A model generated the notes under the pieces. That model was not told where the DNA came from, did not search any database, and saw only the letters and a program-made list of their open reading frames with translations. From Flavobacteriaceae bacterium (GTDB taxonomy: Bacteria; Bacteroidota; Bacteroidia; Flavobacteriales; Flavobacteriaceae), in the NCBI GenBank assembly GCA_023262245.1, contig JALRDC010000117.1, positions 1 through 49,822 on the forward strand: a DNA stretch of 49,822 bases. The letters are read 5' to 3'. Below, one piece after another: positions 38,062 through 48,015 of the stretch. Position numbers and translations under genes: made by a program. Position 1 is the stretch's first letter; every line of letters begins with the position of its first letter.

Positions 38062-38796
38062 ATGTCTAGGTATCTCATAATCATCAATTTTAGAACATTG
38101 ATCACGCTGCTTCTATCTGTCATGGTTCCCTTTATAGCTTATGAATTTGAAGTAGTTTACAATATCGATTTAACTCTCATGAGTATTGCCATCATCTTCC
38201 CCTTAGTCTTTACAATTCGCGGTGCATTTAGACGGAGAGAAAAAGCATTAGAACATTTGAGTCGCTTTCGGGCTAGTTTAAAAACAGTAGAAAGTTTCTT
38301 TCTAGCATCGAAAATATCTGATGAGTTAAAAACCGAAAGTGAAACAAAACTCAAAGAGTTAAATGTTGCTTTGTTTGAACACCTCAACACCAAGAGTGAA
38401 AAAACCGAAGGTTTTGACAAAAAACTAAATGCTCTTTTTGATTTTATAAAAACCCATAGAGAGTCCATTTCTGGAGGAACCCGAGAAAAACTTTTTCGTT
38501 TTTTAAGAGATGTAGTAGAAAGCTCGGACAATCTGATAGCCATCCACTCGCATAGAACTCCTATAAGCCTTAAAGCTTATTGTCTTATTTTTATTTATAT
38601 TTTTCCGGTAGTGTACACCCCTACTATTATCAACAAAATAGGTCTTGAAAACCCCACTTGGCTTACATTTTTCATTGTTGTTTTAAGTGAGTTTATATTG
38701 ATCTCTCTTTACAACATTCAAGATCAGATGGAATATCCTTTTGACGATGAAGGCTTGGACGACATCAAATTCAAGTTATTTAAAATTGACCGTTGA
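38062..38796 (+). CDS. membrane protein, possibly short bestrophin/UPF0187-like channel
   Basis: 244 aa. It has two N-terminal and two C-terminal hydrophobic helices around a charged helical region. HRTPISLKAYCLIFIYIFPVVYTP and the C-terminal MEYPFDDEGLDDI resemble conserved bestrophin-family segments. Tentative. Confidence 0.35.
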   Translation: MSRYLIIINFRTLITLLLSVMVPFIAYEFEVVYNIDLTLMSIAIIFPLVFTIRGAFRRREKALEHLSRFRASLKTVESFFLASKISDELKTESETKLKELNVALFEHLNTKSEKTEGFDKKLNALFDFIKTHRESISGGTREKLFRFLRDVVESSDNLIAIHSHRTPISLKAYCLIFIYIFPVVYTPTIINKIGLENPTWLTFFIVVLSEFILISLYNIQDQMEYPFDDEGLDDIKFKLFKIDR

Positions 38797-38925
38797 CAAA
38801 CAGTAATTAATTTATTCAGTATCTTATTTAAAATTTAAATACAATTTTGTGCTCTTTATTTTTATAAGCTTCGTGTATAGCTTAAAAATAGGAAGCACTT
38901 AGCGTATGATGTAAATCTTAAAAAA

Positions 38926-40632
38926 ATGAAAAAAATAGTTTTTATTCTAGGTGCCTTATGCCTGACTTTTTGTACATCTTCCTCTCCTGAAGAAAAACTC
39001 GATAAGTTAATCGCTTCTTATGAAACTTATCAAGCAAATACAGAGGAAGAAAGCCCACTAGGAGTCTATACAGAATCCCGATTTGAAGCATATGCTCGTT
39101 TTTGTGATTCCTTAAAAACAGAAGTTGAAAAGATTGATCCGAAAACTTTAGATGACGATACTAGAATTTCTCATACCCTACTTCATTTTGTTCTAAACGA
39201 AACCGTTGTAAAATTCAAATTTAAAACTCACTGGAACCCTATTCTTTCGGATGCCGGCTTTCACTCCAGTCTTACCTATCGCGTTCGTCCAATTACAAAT
39301 AAAAAAAGTGCTCTTTCCTACCTCAAGCTTCTCAAAGCCATTCCGGAATATATTGACCAACAAAAAACACTTATAAAAAAAGGATTAGAAGCCGGTATGG
39401 GACAACCTTTAGTGATCTTTAAAGGCTACGAGTCAACCTATGAACAACACATTACCGAAACAGCAGAGGAAAATTTTTATTACAGTCCTTTTCTGGACCT
39501 CCCCTCTCAACTCACTTCTGCGGAAAAGGACTCCCTTCGTCTTGCTGCCAAAGAAGTAGTGTTGAATCAAGTAATTCCGACTTTTCAATCCGTAAAAACA
39601 TTTTTTGAAGAAACCTATTATCCCAATACAAGAAAGAGCATTGGAGTTTCAGAAACTCCAAATGGAAAAGCTTATTACCAAAGTCGTATCGATTATTTTA
39701 CAACATTAGATATGACGCCTAAAAGCGTTCATGAAAAAGGACTGGAAGAAGTTGCTCGAATAAAGCAACAGATGGAAGCAATTGTTAAAGAGGTTAATTT
39801 TAAGGGTACTTTAGCGGAGTTCATTACTTTTCTGAGAACAGATCCACAGTTTTACGCCAAAACTCCTGATGAGCTTTTAAAACACGCTCGTAATATCGCT
39901 AAAAAATTGGATGAACAACTACCTCGCTATTTTAAAACACTCCCAAGGAAACCTTATGGAGTAGCACCAGTTCCGGCTTCTATAGCACCTAAATATACGG
40001 GAGGACGCTATGTAGGCACTTCACCAGAGAGCACCGATCCTGGCTATTATTGGGTCAATACATATAATCTTCCCAGTAGACCGTTATATGTAATCCCCTC
40101 GCTTACAGCGCACGAAGCCGTCCCAGGGCATCACCTCCAAGGTGCATTAAATAATGAACTACCTCCATCAATTCCCAATTTTAGAAGAAACCTATACCTC
40201 TCCGCTTATGGTGAAGGATGGGGACTTTACACTGAATTTTTAGCAGATGATATGGGCATTTATACCACTCCATACGAACATTTTGGAAAACTAACCTACG
40301 AGATGTGGCGGGCTTGCCGTCTTGTTGTAGACACAGGTATTCACGCTTTTGGATGGTCTCGAGAGGAGGCCGTAGATTTTATGGCAAAAAATACTGCCCT
40401 TTCTTTACACGAAGTTAATACCGAAATAGATCGTTATATCTCTTGGCCAGGACAAGCCTTATCTTATAAAATTGGGGAAATAAAAATTCGTGAACTCAGA
40501 GAAAAAGCTGAAAATGAACTGGGTGGAAACTTCGATATAAGAGAATTTCACGAGGTCCTCTTAGAGAAAGGAACAGTTACCCTATCGCTTCTTGAAGAAC
40601 GCATTAATAATTACATACACGCCAATAAATAA
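38926..40632 (+). CDS. DUF885-family lipoprotein (putative metallopeptidase-like)
   Basis: 568 aa with a lipoprotein-like N-terminus (LGALCLTFCTSS), the HEAVPGHH motif, and the ID/EIDRYISWPGQALSYKIG motif typical of DUF885. Confidence 0.75.
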   Translation: MKKIVFILGALCLTFCTSSSPEEKLDKLIASYETYQANTEEESPLGVYTESRFEAYARFCDSLKTEVEKIDPKTLDDDTRISHTLLHFVLNETVVKFKFKTHWNPILSDAGFHSSLTYRVRPITNKKSALSYLKLLKAIPEYIDQQKTLIKKGLEAGMGQPLVIFKGYESTYEQHITETAEENFYYSPFLDLPSQLTSAEKDSLRLAAKEVVLNQVIPTFQSVKTFFEETYYPNTRKSIGVSETPNGKAYYQSRIDYFTTLDMTPKSVHEKGLEEVARIKQQMEAIVKEVNFKGTLAEFITFLRTDPQFYAKTPDELLKHARNIAKKLDEQLPRYFKTLPRKPYGVAPVPASIAPKYTGGRYVGTSPESTDPGYYWVNTYNLPSRPLYVIPSLTAHEAVPGHHLQGALNNELPPSIPNFRRNLYLSAYGEGWGLYTEFLADDMGIYTTPYEHFGKLTYEMWRACRLVVDTGIHAFGWSREEAVDFMAKNTALSLHEVNTEIDRYISWPGQALSYKIGEIKIRELREKAENELGGNFDIREFHEVLLEKGTVTLSLLEERINNYIHANK

Positions 40633-40638
40633 ATCCGA

Positions 40639-40818
40639 ATGAATAATAAAAAGGTACATGTCTTTAGAAAATCTAAAGGACAAATTGTAATTGATGGTCC
40701 CGTCATACTAACCGATGAAGATGGAAATGAACTTCCACACGGGGAACGATTTAGCCTTTGTGGTTGTGGAAAATCTAAAAGGATGCCTTATTGTGATGGC
40801 ACACATAAAGAATGTTAG
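40639..40818 (+). CDS. CDGSH iron-sulfur domain protein (59 aa, single domain)
   Basis: Not in the ORF track because it is shorter than 60 aa. Hand translation gives MNNKKVHVFRKSKGQIVIDGPVILTDEDGNELPHGERFSLCGCGKSKRMPYCDGTHKEC*. It contains the full CDGSH signature C-x-C-x2-S-x3-P-x-C-D-G-T-H. Confidence 0.75.
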   Translation: MNNKKVHVFRKSKGQIVIDGPVILTDEDGNELPHGERFSLCGCGKSKRMPYCDGTHKEC

Positions 40819-40836
40819 AGTTATATAATTCAGGGG

Positions 40837-41442
40837 TTAAAATTCTCCTTTAACGTTCATTTGAAAACTTTCATAGAGCTTAACTAATTTTCGTTTTCCT
40901 ATTTGAACAGGCGTATTATCACGTCGCTGAATAAAAAATAACTTTCTGTGTATATAACGAGGAGGGAATCCTATTTCAATCGTTGTAGGAGAAAACGTAG
41001 CGGGACGAAAAGTCACTTCGTACTTTCTGTAAATTTTTAACGAATCTAAATCATCAACTAAATTGAGATAACCGACATTAAATTTTTTTTGATTTTTATA
41101 ATAGTAAGGGAGAAAATAAAATTTTAAAGAGTCGTAGGTTATCACAACGCTCAGTTCTCTTTCTACCAGATCTTCTTCTTGTTCAAACTTTTTTTTAAAT
41201 TCAAATTGATCGGCATATTGATCGTATCGCAATAAAAAAGTTGAATCGTTAACCTTTCCGGGAGTAAAGGTATCATTGTAATAACGTTCCCCTTTTATTT
41301 TTCCGCTCCACATAGAGCGAAACCTATCGGATTTGAGTTTGTAACTAGTATTCACACTATCTCCCAGCATGGTTCGCAAAGACTGTTGAGACTGAACAGG
41401 GAGAGAAATTAAAATCCCCACCAAAACTAATATTCTAACCAT
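40837..41442 (-). CDS. hypothetical secreted protein
   Basis: 201 aa with an ATG start and the signal-like N-terminus MVRILVLVGILISLPVQSQ. No motif recognised. Confidence 0.55.
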   Translation of the reverse strand: MVRILVLVGILISLPVQSQQSLRTMLGDSVNTSYKLKSDRFRSMWSGKIKGERYYNDTFTPGKVNDSTFLLRYDQYADQFEFKKKFEQEEDLVERELSVVITYDSLKFYFLPYYYKNQKKFNVGYLNLVDDLDSLKIYRKYEVTFRPATFSPTTIEIGFPPRYIHRKLFFIQRRDNTPVQIGKRKLVKLYESFQMNVKGEF

Positions 41443-41451
41443 AGAACGTTA

Positions 41452-43020
41452 TTAATCCATAAGGAATGGAACTTCCATTGCAGTGGGATCTACTCCCTCT
41501 TTAGAATCTATGACCATTTGTTCTACGGCATGCATCAACTTTTCATTTTCTATCACAATCCCATCTTTAATGGTATGTAAAATTCCTCCTTTTCGAACCA
41601 TTTCACCCGAATGTTCTGTAGTCAATGCTCCAAAACTGTACATATTTCTTAAGTTATACAAGGGGCTTTCATTAACTATTATAAGATCCGCAATATAGCC
41701 TGGACGAACCAAACCCAATTTTTCTTGCCTTAAAGTTTTAGCGCTGTTTAAAGTAGCCGATTTTAAAACTTCGAGTGTGTGCATTCCCGTTTCTCTTAGA
41801 AGCTGAAGTTCTCTAATATTAGAAAAACCAGGAGTGGCAAAAATATAGCTGTCATCTGTTCCATAGGCCACTCGCCCGCCTTTTTTATTAAATTCAAAAA
41901 TTAAATCTCCCCAAAGATCGAAAGCCTTTGACCAGTAATATTCATCATCACTTGTCCAGTCATAATGATAAGCACCATGATAATTTGGGTCTGGACCATT
42001 GCGTTGAATAAGTAAATTATGAGTGTATTTTTTATGCCAAGGCAAACTTTGAGCTCTCAAAATATCGCGATTGGCTTCATAAACCACCCGAGTAGGCAGC
42101 ATTGTGACCCCATAATGGATTAAGGAATCGACAACCTCTGTGAGCAAGCGTTGCTCATTAGTTTCAGACCATACTTTTCCCGCTTGTCTGAAGCGTTCGT
42201 TTTCGTCGTTGTAATTGTAAGTGGGTTTAAAGTTTTGAACTTGTCGGTCCAAAGCAGATTCTGCATAGGCGTAATGATGTTCGATCATAGTAACCCCAAG
42301 GCGCGCTGCGTCTACAGCTTGAGTCACCGCTGTGGTGCTGGGAGGAATATGATAAGTGGTTATTCCTCCATTTGCCGTTACTTCTCGACATACTGCTGCT
42401 AATAGTTCCTGACTCCATCCTAAATTTCCTGCATTGACCACATGAGCTCCTTTAGCAAACATTTGTTTGATGACTTCCGGAGCATTTTTAGGATCATCTA
42501 GAGCGATTTGATCAAAATTTGTCATCGCTCCATAAGACCAAATTGGAAAAAGTTTTGGAGCGAGAATTTTGTTTTGTTTACTTAACTTGGCTTGCTCCAT
42601 CCCAGCTTTAAGTCCCCGATCTGATCCTGGAACCATAGTTGTTACCCCATGAGCCAACTTTAAGTAATAAACATATTCTAGAGGCATTGGATCTGTTCTT
42701 AAATGCATATGCAGATCAATCATTCCTGGCAAAACATATTTCCCTTTAGCATCGATAACCCGATCTCCAGTTTCTCTTTCAATAGTCCCTCTAGACTTAG
42801 CCGTAACGGGGTCAAAAGGAATCATATCCGTGATTTTATCTCCTTGGATTACAATGTCATAAGGACCTACTGGAGGACCTCCATGTCCTGGAATGACCAT
42901 AGCTTCTCGAATTACTAATTTTTTATAAGGTCCAGAAGCCAAGCCTTTAAATCGTTCTTGTGCATTAATAAACGTTATGCTTAATAGAAAGAATAGGGCC
43001 GTTTGAAAGAGAAATTTCAT
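41452..43020 (-). CDS. secreted amidohydrolase-superfamily protein
   Basis: It has the HxH motif PGMIDLHMHLRTD and a distal YGTDDS-like motif. The preferred start is the ATG at 43020 (MKFLFQTALFFLLSITFINAQ, a signal peptide). The track start at 43065 is TTG. Confidence 0.75.
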   Translation of the reverse strand: MKFLFQTALFFLLSITFINAQERFKGLASGPYKKLVIREAMVIPGHGGPPVGPYDIVIQGDKITDMIPFDPVTAKSRGTIERETGDRVIDAKGKYVLPGMIDLHMHLRTDPMPLEYVYYLKLAHGVTTMVPGSDRGLKAGMEQAKLSKQNKILAPKLFPIWSYGAMTNFDQIALDDPKNAPEVIKQMFAKGAHVVNAGNLGWSQELLAAVCREVTANGGITTYHIPPSTTAVTQAVDAARLGVTMIEHHYAYAESALDRQVQNFKPTYNYNDENERFRQAGKVWSETNEQRLLTEVVDSLIHYGVTMLPTRVVYEANRDILRAQSLPWHKKYTHNLLIQRNGPDPNYHGAYHYDWTSDDEYYWSKAFDLWGDLIFEFNKKGGRVAYGTDDSYIFATPGFSNIRELQLLRETGMHTLEVLKSATLNSAKTLRQEKLGLVRPGYIADLIIVNESPLYNLRNMYSFGALTTEHSGEMVRKGGILHTIKDGIVIENEKLMHAVEQMVIDSKEGVDPTAMEVPFLMD

Positions 43021-43134
43021 TGTTTTTTTTAACAAGATACGTGATTTCCTACAAAATCTTAACAAAGGCTTTATTTTTAAAGTAATGAAGCAATTTCATT
43101 AAAATTTATTAAATTGATTGTTCAATTTTTATTT

Positions 43135-44877
43135 ATGAGAACTGTAAACACGATAAATTCATTACTATTTACTGCCTTAGCTGGAATTGTATTTTTTTCT
43201 TCTTGTACTTCAAATAATCCCCCTGTTTTTGAAATTACCTATGATTCTGCTCTAGGGGCAGAGGGTTTTGACGGTAGGCTATTGGTCATGATTTCTAAAG
43301 ACAGTCTTAAGGAACCTCGTTTTCAAATCAACGACAGTCACGAAACGGGTGTTGTTGTTGGCAAAAATGTAAATCAATGGCTTCCAGAACAAAAAGAACA
43401 ACTATTAGCCAATACCCTTGCTTATCCCATAGAGACCTTAAATGATTTAGAAGAAGGAAATTATTTCGTTCAAGCATTATTACATAAATACGACACCTTC
43501 CAATTGGCTAGTGGACATACAGTACAACTCCCTATGGACCAAGGGGAAGGACAACGTTGGAATAGTTCACCTAAAAACATCTACAGTAAACCAGTTAAAA
43601 TTGCAATAGGAAAAAACCACAGCAGCCCAATCAAAATTAAAATCACCGAAGAGATTCCTCCTATAGCTCCTGTAGAAGACAGCAAATATGTAAAACACAT
43701 TAAAATTAAAAGTGAGATGCTCTCAGAGTTTTGGGGGCGTCCAATGTACCTTCAAGCTAATGTTTTAGTTCCTGAAGGATTTGAAAAGGAGAGTAAAACG
43801 CGATATCCTTTAATGGTCTTTCACGGACATTTTCCTAAAACAATTGGAGGCTTTCGTACCACCCCACCAACGGCTCCAAAAGAGGATGACAAATACAATA
43901 GTAGGTTTGGAATTACGGGATATGATTACATTCAACAAAAAGAAGCCTATGATTTTTACCAACAATGGACCTCTAAAAATTTTCCTAGATTTTTAGTGAT
44001 TGAAATTCAGCATCAGAATCCTTATTATGACGATTCTTATGCAGTAAATTCGGCAAATTTAGGACCCTATGGTGATGCCATCACCTACGAATTGATTCCT
44101 CATGTAGAAAAAATGTTTAATGGTGTAGGAGAAGGATGGGGTCGTTTCCTTTATGGAGGTTCTACAGGAGGCTGGGAGGCGCTTGCTGTTCAAGTGTTTT
44201 ACCCAAAAGAATACAATGGATGCTTTGCCGCTTGTCCAGACCCAATAGATTTTAGAGCTTATACAGTCGTAGATCTTTATAAAGACGAGAATGCCTACTA
44301 TAAAGAAGGCACCTTTAAAAAGACGCTTCGTCCTGGCATGCGAGATGGGAAGGGACACATTAAAACGCAATTGATTAACATGAATCGCAGAGAATATATC
44401 TTAGGAGATAATGGAAGGTCCGGAGACCAATGGGATATTTGGCAAGCCGTCTACTCCCCTGCCGGTGAAAATGGATATCCCAAGCCAATTTGGGACAAAC
44501 TAAGTGGTGATATCGATCGCGAAGTGGCCAACTATTGGCGGGAAAATTACGATCTGAGATACATCATGGAAAGAGATTGGGATAAAATTGGAGAAGATCT
44601 TAAAGGAAAAATTAATATTTATTGTGGCGATATGGATAATTACTATCTAAATAATGCCGTTGTCCTCACAGAGACTTTTTTAGAAAGTACAGAAAACCCC
44701 TATTATGACGGAGAAGTAGCTTATGGAAATAATGCTGAACATTGTTGGAATGGAGATCAGGAGAATCCAAATCACATCTCCAGACTTCGTTACAACACCA
44801 TGTATTTAGACAAAATTAAAACCCGCTTAAAAGAAACCGCCCCAAGGAGAAATGCTCTAGAAAACTGGGGCTTTTAA
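43135..44877 (+). CDS. secreted alpha/beta-hydrolase (esterase-like) protein
   Basis: The preferred start is the ATG at 43135 (MRTVNTINSLLF...SSC, lipoprotein-like). It has a possible nucleophile elbow GGSTGGWEA and the RYPLMVFHGH region, as in putative-esterase family proteins. Tentative. Confidence 0.5.
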   Translation: MRTVNTINSLLFTALAGIVFFSSCTSNNPPVFEITYDSALGAEGFDGRLLVMISKDSLKEPRFQINDSHETGVVVGKNVNQWLPEQKEQLLANTLAYPIETLNDLEEGNYFVQALLHKYDTFQLASGHTVQLPMDQGEGQRWNSSPKNIYSKPVKIAIGKNHSSPIKIKITEEIPPIAPVEDSKYVKHIKIKSEMLSEFWGRPMYLQANVLVPEGFEKESKTRYPLMVFHGHFPKTIGGFRTTPPTAPKEDDKYNSRFGITGYDYIQQKEAYDFYQQWTSKNFPRFLVIEIQHQNPYYDDSYAVNSANLGPYGDAITYELIPHVEKMFNGVGEGWGRFLYGGSTGGWEALAVQVFYPKEYNGCFAACPDPIDFRAYTVVDLYKDENAYYKEGTFKKTLRPGMRDGKGHIKTQLINMNRREYILGDNGRSGDQWDIWQAVYSPAGENGYPKPIWDKLSGDIDREVANYWRENYDLRYIMERDWDKIGEDLKGKINIYCGDMDNYYLNNAVVLTETFLESTENPYYDGEVAYGNNAEHCWNGDQENPNHISRLRYNTMYLDKIKTRLKETAPRRNALENWGF

Positions 44878-44910
44878 ATTATTAATAAAGTTAACTAGAA
44901 CACAAAGATT

Positions 44911-47900
44911 ATGAATTTAAACAAACTATATTTTAGCTTTTTAGGAATTTTTCTAATCACAAGTCTCAATAACCCAACTAGTGCTCAAAACAGTCTCTCA
45001 AAATCGGATTTACTTCAGAGCTACTCTTGGAGAGCCATAGGCCCTGCCAATATGGGAGGTCGAGTAACCGATATTGACGGAGTTCCTGGAGACCCCTCTA
45101 CATTCTATGTAAGCGGTGCAGATGGGGGAATCCATAAAACCATTGATGGAGGAGTTAGCTTTGAACCTATTTTCGAAAATCAGCGAGCTTATTCTATTGG
45201 TGCTTTAACCGTAGCACCCTCAGACAAAAACATCCTTTGGGTTGGTACTGGAGAAGGTGATCCAAGAAATAGTGTAGGATATGGCTGGGGTGTTTATAAA
45301 TCAACCGATGGGGGAGCCAATTGGGAACACCTCGGACTTAAGAAAACGGAACGAATTAAACGTATTGTCGTGGATCCTACAAATCCCGATATAGCCTGTG
45401 TTTGTGCACTTGGGAAAGAATGGGGACCCAATCCTGAAAGAGGTGTATTTAAAACTACCGACGGAGGAAAAACATGGGACAAGATCCTCTACATAGATGA
45501 AGATACCGGATGTGCCGATATTACTATGGAAAATGAAAATCCAAGAATTATGTATGCAGGGATGTGGACCTTTAGAAGAAAACCATGGCGTTTCGATGAT
45601 GGGGGAAAAAATACTGCGATTTATAAAACAACTGATGGAGGAGCTACCTGGAAAAAAATCATGAACGGACTCCCAAAAACAGACATGGCTCGCCCGGGAA
45701 TTCACATTGCGCAAAGTGATCCTAATATTGTGTACCTGATGACAGAATTTGAAGGAGGTGGAACAGCTTTCCGCTCAGAAGACAAAGGAGAAAACTGGGT
45801 TATGGTAAACGATGATCCGAACATAAATTTTAGACCTTTTTATTACAGTGACGTTCGCGTTGACCCACAAAATCCAAATATTTTATTTTCAATTTCGGGG
45901 AGACTAAGCCGCTCAAAAGACAATGGAAAAACCTGGGAGCGTATTGCAACAAGTGTGCACGGTGATCACCAAGCACTTTGGATAGACCCTCAAAACCCAA
46001 AGTACATACTCAATGGAAGTGATGGTGGATTTCAGCGCTCTTTTGATGGTGGTGATCATTGGGAAATCATCAACAACATTGAACTCTCACAATTTTACCA
46101 AATTCAGGTTGACAATCTAAAACCTTATAATGTCTATGGAGGATTACAAGACAACGGTACTTGGGTAGGCCCTAGTAATTCTTTGTACAATGCAGGCATT
46201 TTAAAACGCCACTGGAAAGGGTTGGCCTATGGAGATGGGTATTTTGCGGAACCCATTCCAGGAAATGAACATCTAGTTTATACCAACCTTCAAGGAGGAG
46301 TTCCCTTTTTGGTGGATAGTCGCTATGGAAATGTACAAACCATTCATCCCTATCCAAAAATTGTAGGTTCTGCGGGTGATGCTATCGAACTTCACAAATA
46401 CCGATTCAACTGGGATGCTCCCATACACGTTTCTCCCCACGATCCAGAAACCGTATATATCGGAGGGAATGTGATCTTTAAATCACAAGATCGAGGTAAC
46501 AGTTGGGAAGTTATCAGTCCCGATCTGACTACAAATGATAAATCAAAACAACGCTCATCTGGAGGAACTATATATCAAGACAATACTGCTGCCGAGTTTC
46601 ACTGTACCGTATTATACATAGCAGAATCTCCTGTTCAAAAAGGTGTTCTATGGGCTGGAACAGATGATGGAAATGTTCAGCTTTCTATGGATGGAGGAAA
46701 AAATTGGACCAATCTAAAAGATCGAATTAAAGGCTTACCCGAATATGCATGGGTGTCAAAAATCCATGCCTCTGAACATCAAGCTGGAACCGCTTTTGTA
46801 ACAGTCGACCAACACCGAATGGACGACTTTAAACCCTATATCTTTATGACCAAAAACTTTGGTAAAAGTTGGGAGAAAATTTCTTCCAATTTACCCAAAG
46901 ATGATTATGTTAAAGTAGTTCGTCAAGATCCACACAACCCTGAGCTACTTTTTGCTGGTATGGAACATGGCATCTTTGCAAGTTGGAATCTAGGTGAAAG
47001 CTGGGAAAAAATAAATATTGACCTGCCCAATGTCTCTGTAAGGGACCTAAGGATCCAAGCTCGAGATCGTGATCTAATTGTAGGAACTCACGGAAGAGGG
47101 GCATACATTTTGGACGACATTAGACCGATAGAGGAATTAGAGATGGCTCAAGGAAAAAATCTTCACGTCTTCCCTGTTCGCGAAGCAGTACTTTGGAATA
47201 TGTTTTGGAGGCTTGAAAATCTTGGAGATCGAACTTATACGGCTAAAAATCCTGAGTTTGGAGCCTATATAAATTTCAGTTTAAACCAAAATACTTCTGA
47301 TCCTGTTGTATTAGAAATTAAAGACAGTAATGGTAATCTTGTAACTACTCTTAAACATAAAGAGGCCAAAAAAGGGGTCAATAGAATCGTTTGGGATTTG
47401 GGTTATGAGGGTGCCAAAGAATTAAAAAATAAAATTGAAGAAGGGTTCAGTTATGGAGCTTTAAGACCTAAAGTTCCTCCAGGAAACTATACAGCCACCC
47501 TAAATGCTTTGGGTCAAACTGTAAAAACAAGTATTACAGTAAGTGCAGACCCTAGAATTAGTATGTCTGTTGCAAATCATATTAAAAAGGCAGAGGCTTT
47601 GCTTACACTTAGGGATCTTTTAAGTGAAACCCATGAGTTTTTAGATAAAATCAGTGATGTTTCACACCAAGTTTCTGTTTTATTGGAGAAATATCAAACA
47701 CATGATTTAGGAGATCATACTTCCCTCGAAAAACTTCACAAAAGCATCACGGCATTTAAAGATGAACACATGATGCGACCACCACCGTCAATGAACTACA
47801 GACAGAGGCCAAGACTAAGAGAGGAAATACGATCTTTAATGAGAGCTATTGACAATACGACCAATCCTCCAACTCAACCCCAGCTAGAGCGTATTAAAAG

Positions 47901-48012
47901 TCTAGATGCTGAGTTACGAGAGCATCAAGATACGTGGAAGGGTATTGAAATGGAAATTCAAAAAACAAATACTTCCAACAAATCCTTACCACAGATAATC
48001 TTAAAATCTTAA
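44911..48012 (+). CDS. secreted BNR/Asp-box repeat protein (sortilin/VPS10- or GH74-like double propeller)
   Basis: 1033 aa with a signal peptide. About 10 Asp-box repeats of the form S/T-x-D-x-G-x-x-W are present: STDGGANW, TTDGGKTW, TTDGGATW, SEDKGENW, SKDNGKTW, SFDGGDHW, SQDRGNSW, SMDGGKNW, plus degenerate copies. Confidence 0.8.
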   Translation: MNLNKLYFSFLGIFLITSLNNPTSAQNSLSKSDLLQSYSWRAIGPANMGGRVTDIDGVPGDPSTFYVSGADGGIHKTIDGGVSFEPIFENQRAYSIGALTVAPSDKNILWVGTGEGDPRNSVGYGWGVYKSTDGGANWEHLGLKKTERIKRIVVDPTNPDIACVCALGKEWGPNPERGVFKTTDGGKTWDKILYIDEDTGCADITMENENPRIMYAGMWTFRRKPWRFDDGGKNTAIYKTTDGGATWKKIMNGLPKTDMARPGIHIAQSDPNIVYLMTEFEGGGTAFRSEDKGENWVMVNDDPNINFRPFYYSDVRVDPQNPNILFSISGRLSRSKDNGKTWERIATSVHGDHQALWIDPQNPKYILNGSDGGFQRSFDGGDHWEIINNIELSQFYQIQVDNLKPYNVYGGLQDNGTWVGPSNSLYNAGILKRHWKGLAYGDGYFAEPIPGNEHLVYTNLQGGVPFLVDSRYGNVQTIHPYPKIVGSAGDAIELHKYRFNWDAPIHVSPHDPETVYIGGNVIFKSQDRGNSWEVISPDLTTNDKSKQRSSGGTIYQDNTAAEFHCTVLYIAESPVQKGVLWAGTDDGNVQLSMDGGKNWTNLKDRIKGLPEYAWVSKIHASEHQAGTAFVTVDQHRMDDFKPYIFMTKNFGKSWEKISSNLPKDDYVKVVRQDPHNPELLFAGMEHGIFASWNLGESWEKINIDLPNVSVRDLRIQARDRDLIVGTHGRGAYILDDIRPIEELEMAQGKNLHVFPVREAVLWNMFWRLENLGDRTYTAKNPEFGAYINFSLNQNTSDPVVLEIKDSNGNLVTTLKHKEAKKGVNRIVWDLGYEGAKELKNKIEEGFSYGALRPKVPPGNYTATLNALGQTVKTSITVSADPRISMSVANHIKKAEALLTLRDLLSETHEFLDKISDVSHQVSVLLEKYQTHDLGDHTSLEKLHKSITAFKDEHMMRPPPSMNYRQRPRLREEIRSLMRAIDNTTNPPTQPQLERIKSLDAELREHQDTWKGIEMEIQKTNTSNKSLPQIILKS

Positions 48013-48015
48013 CAA

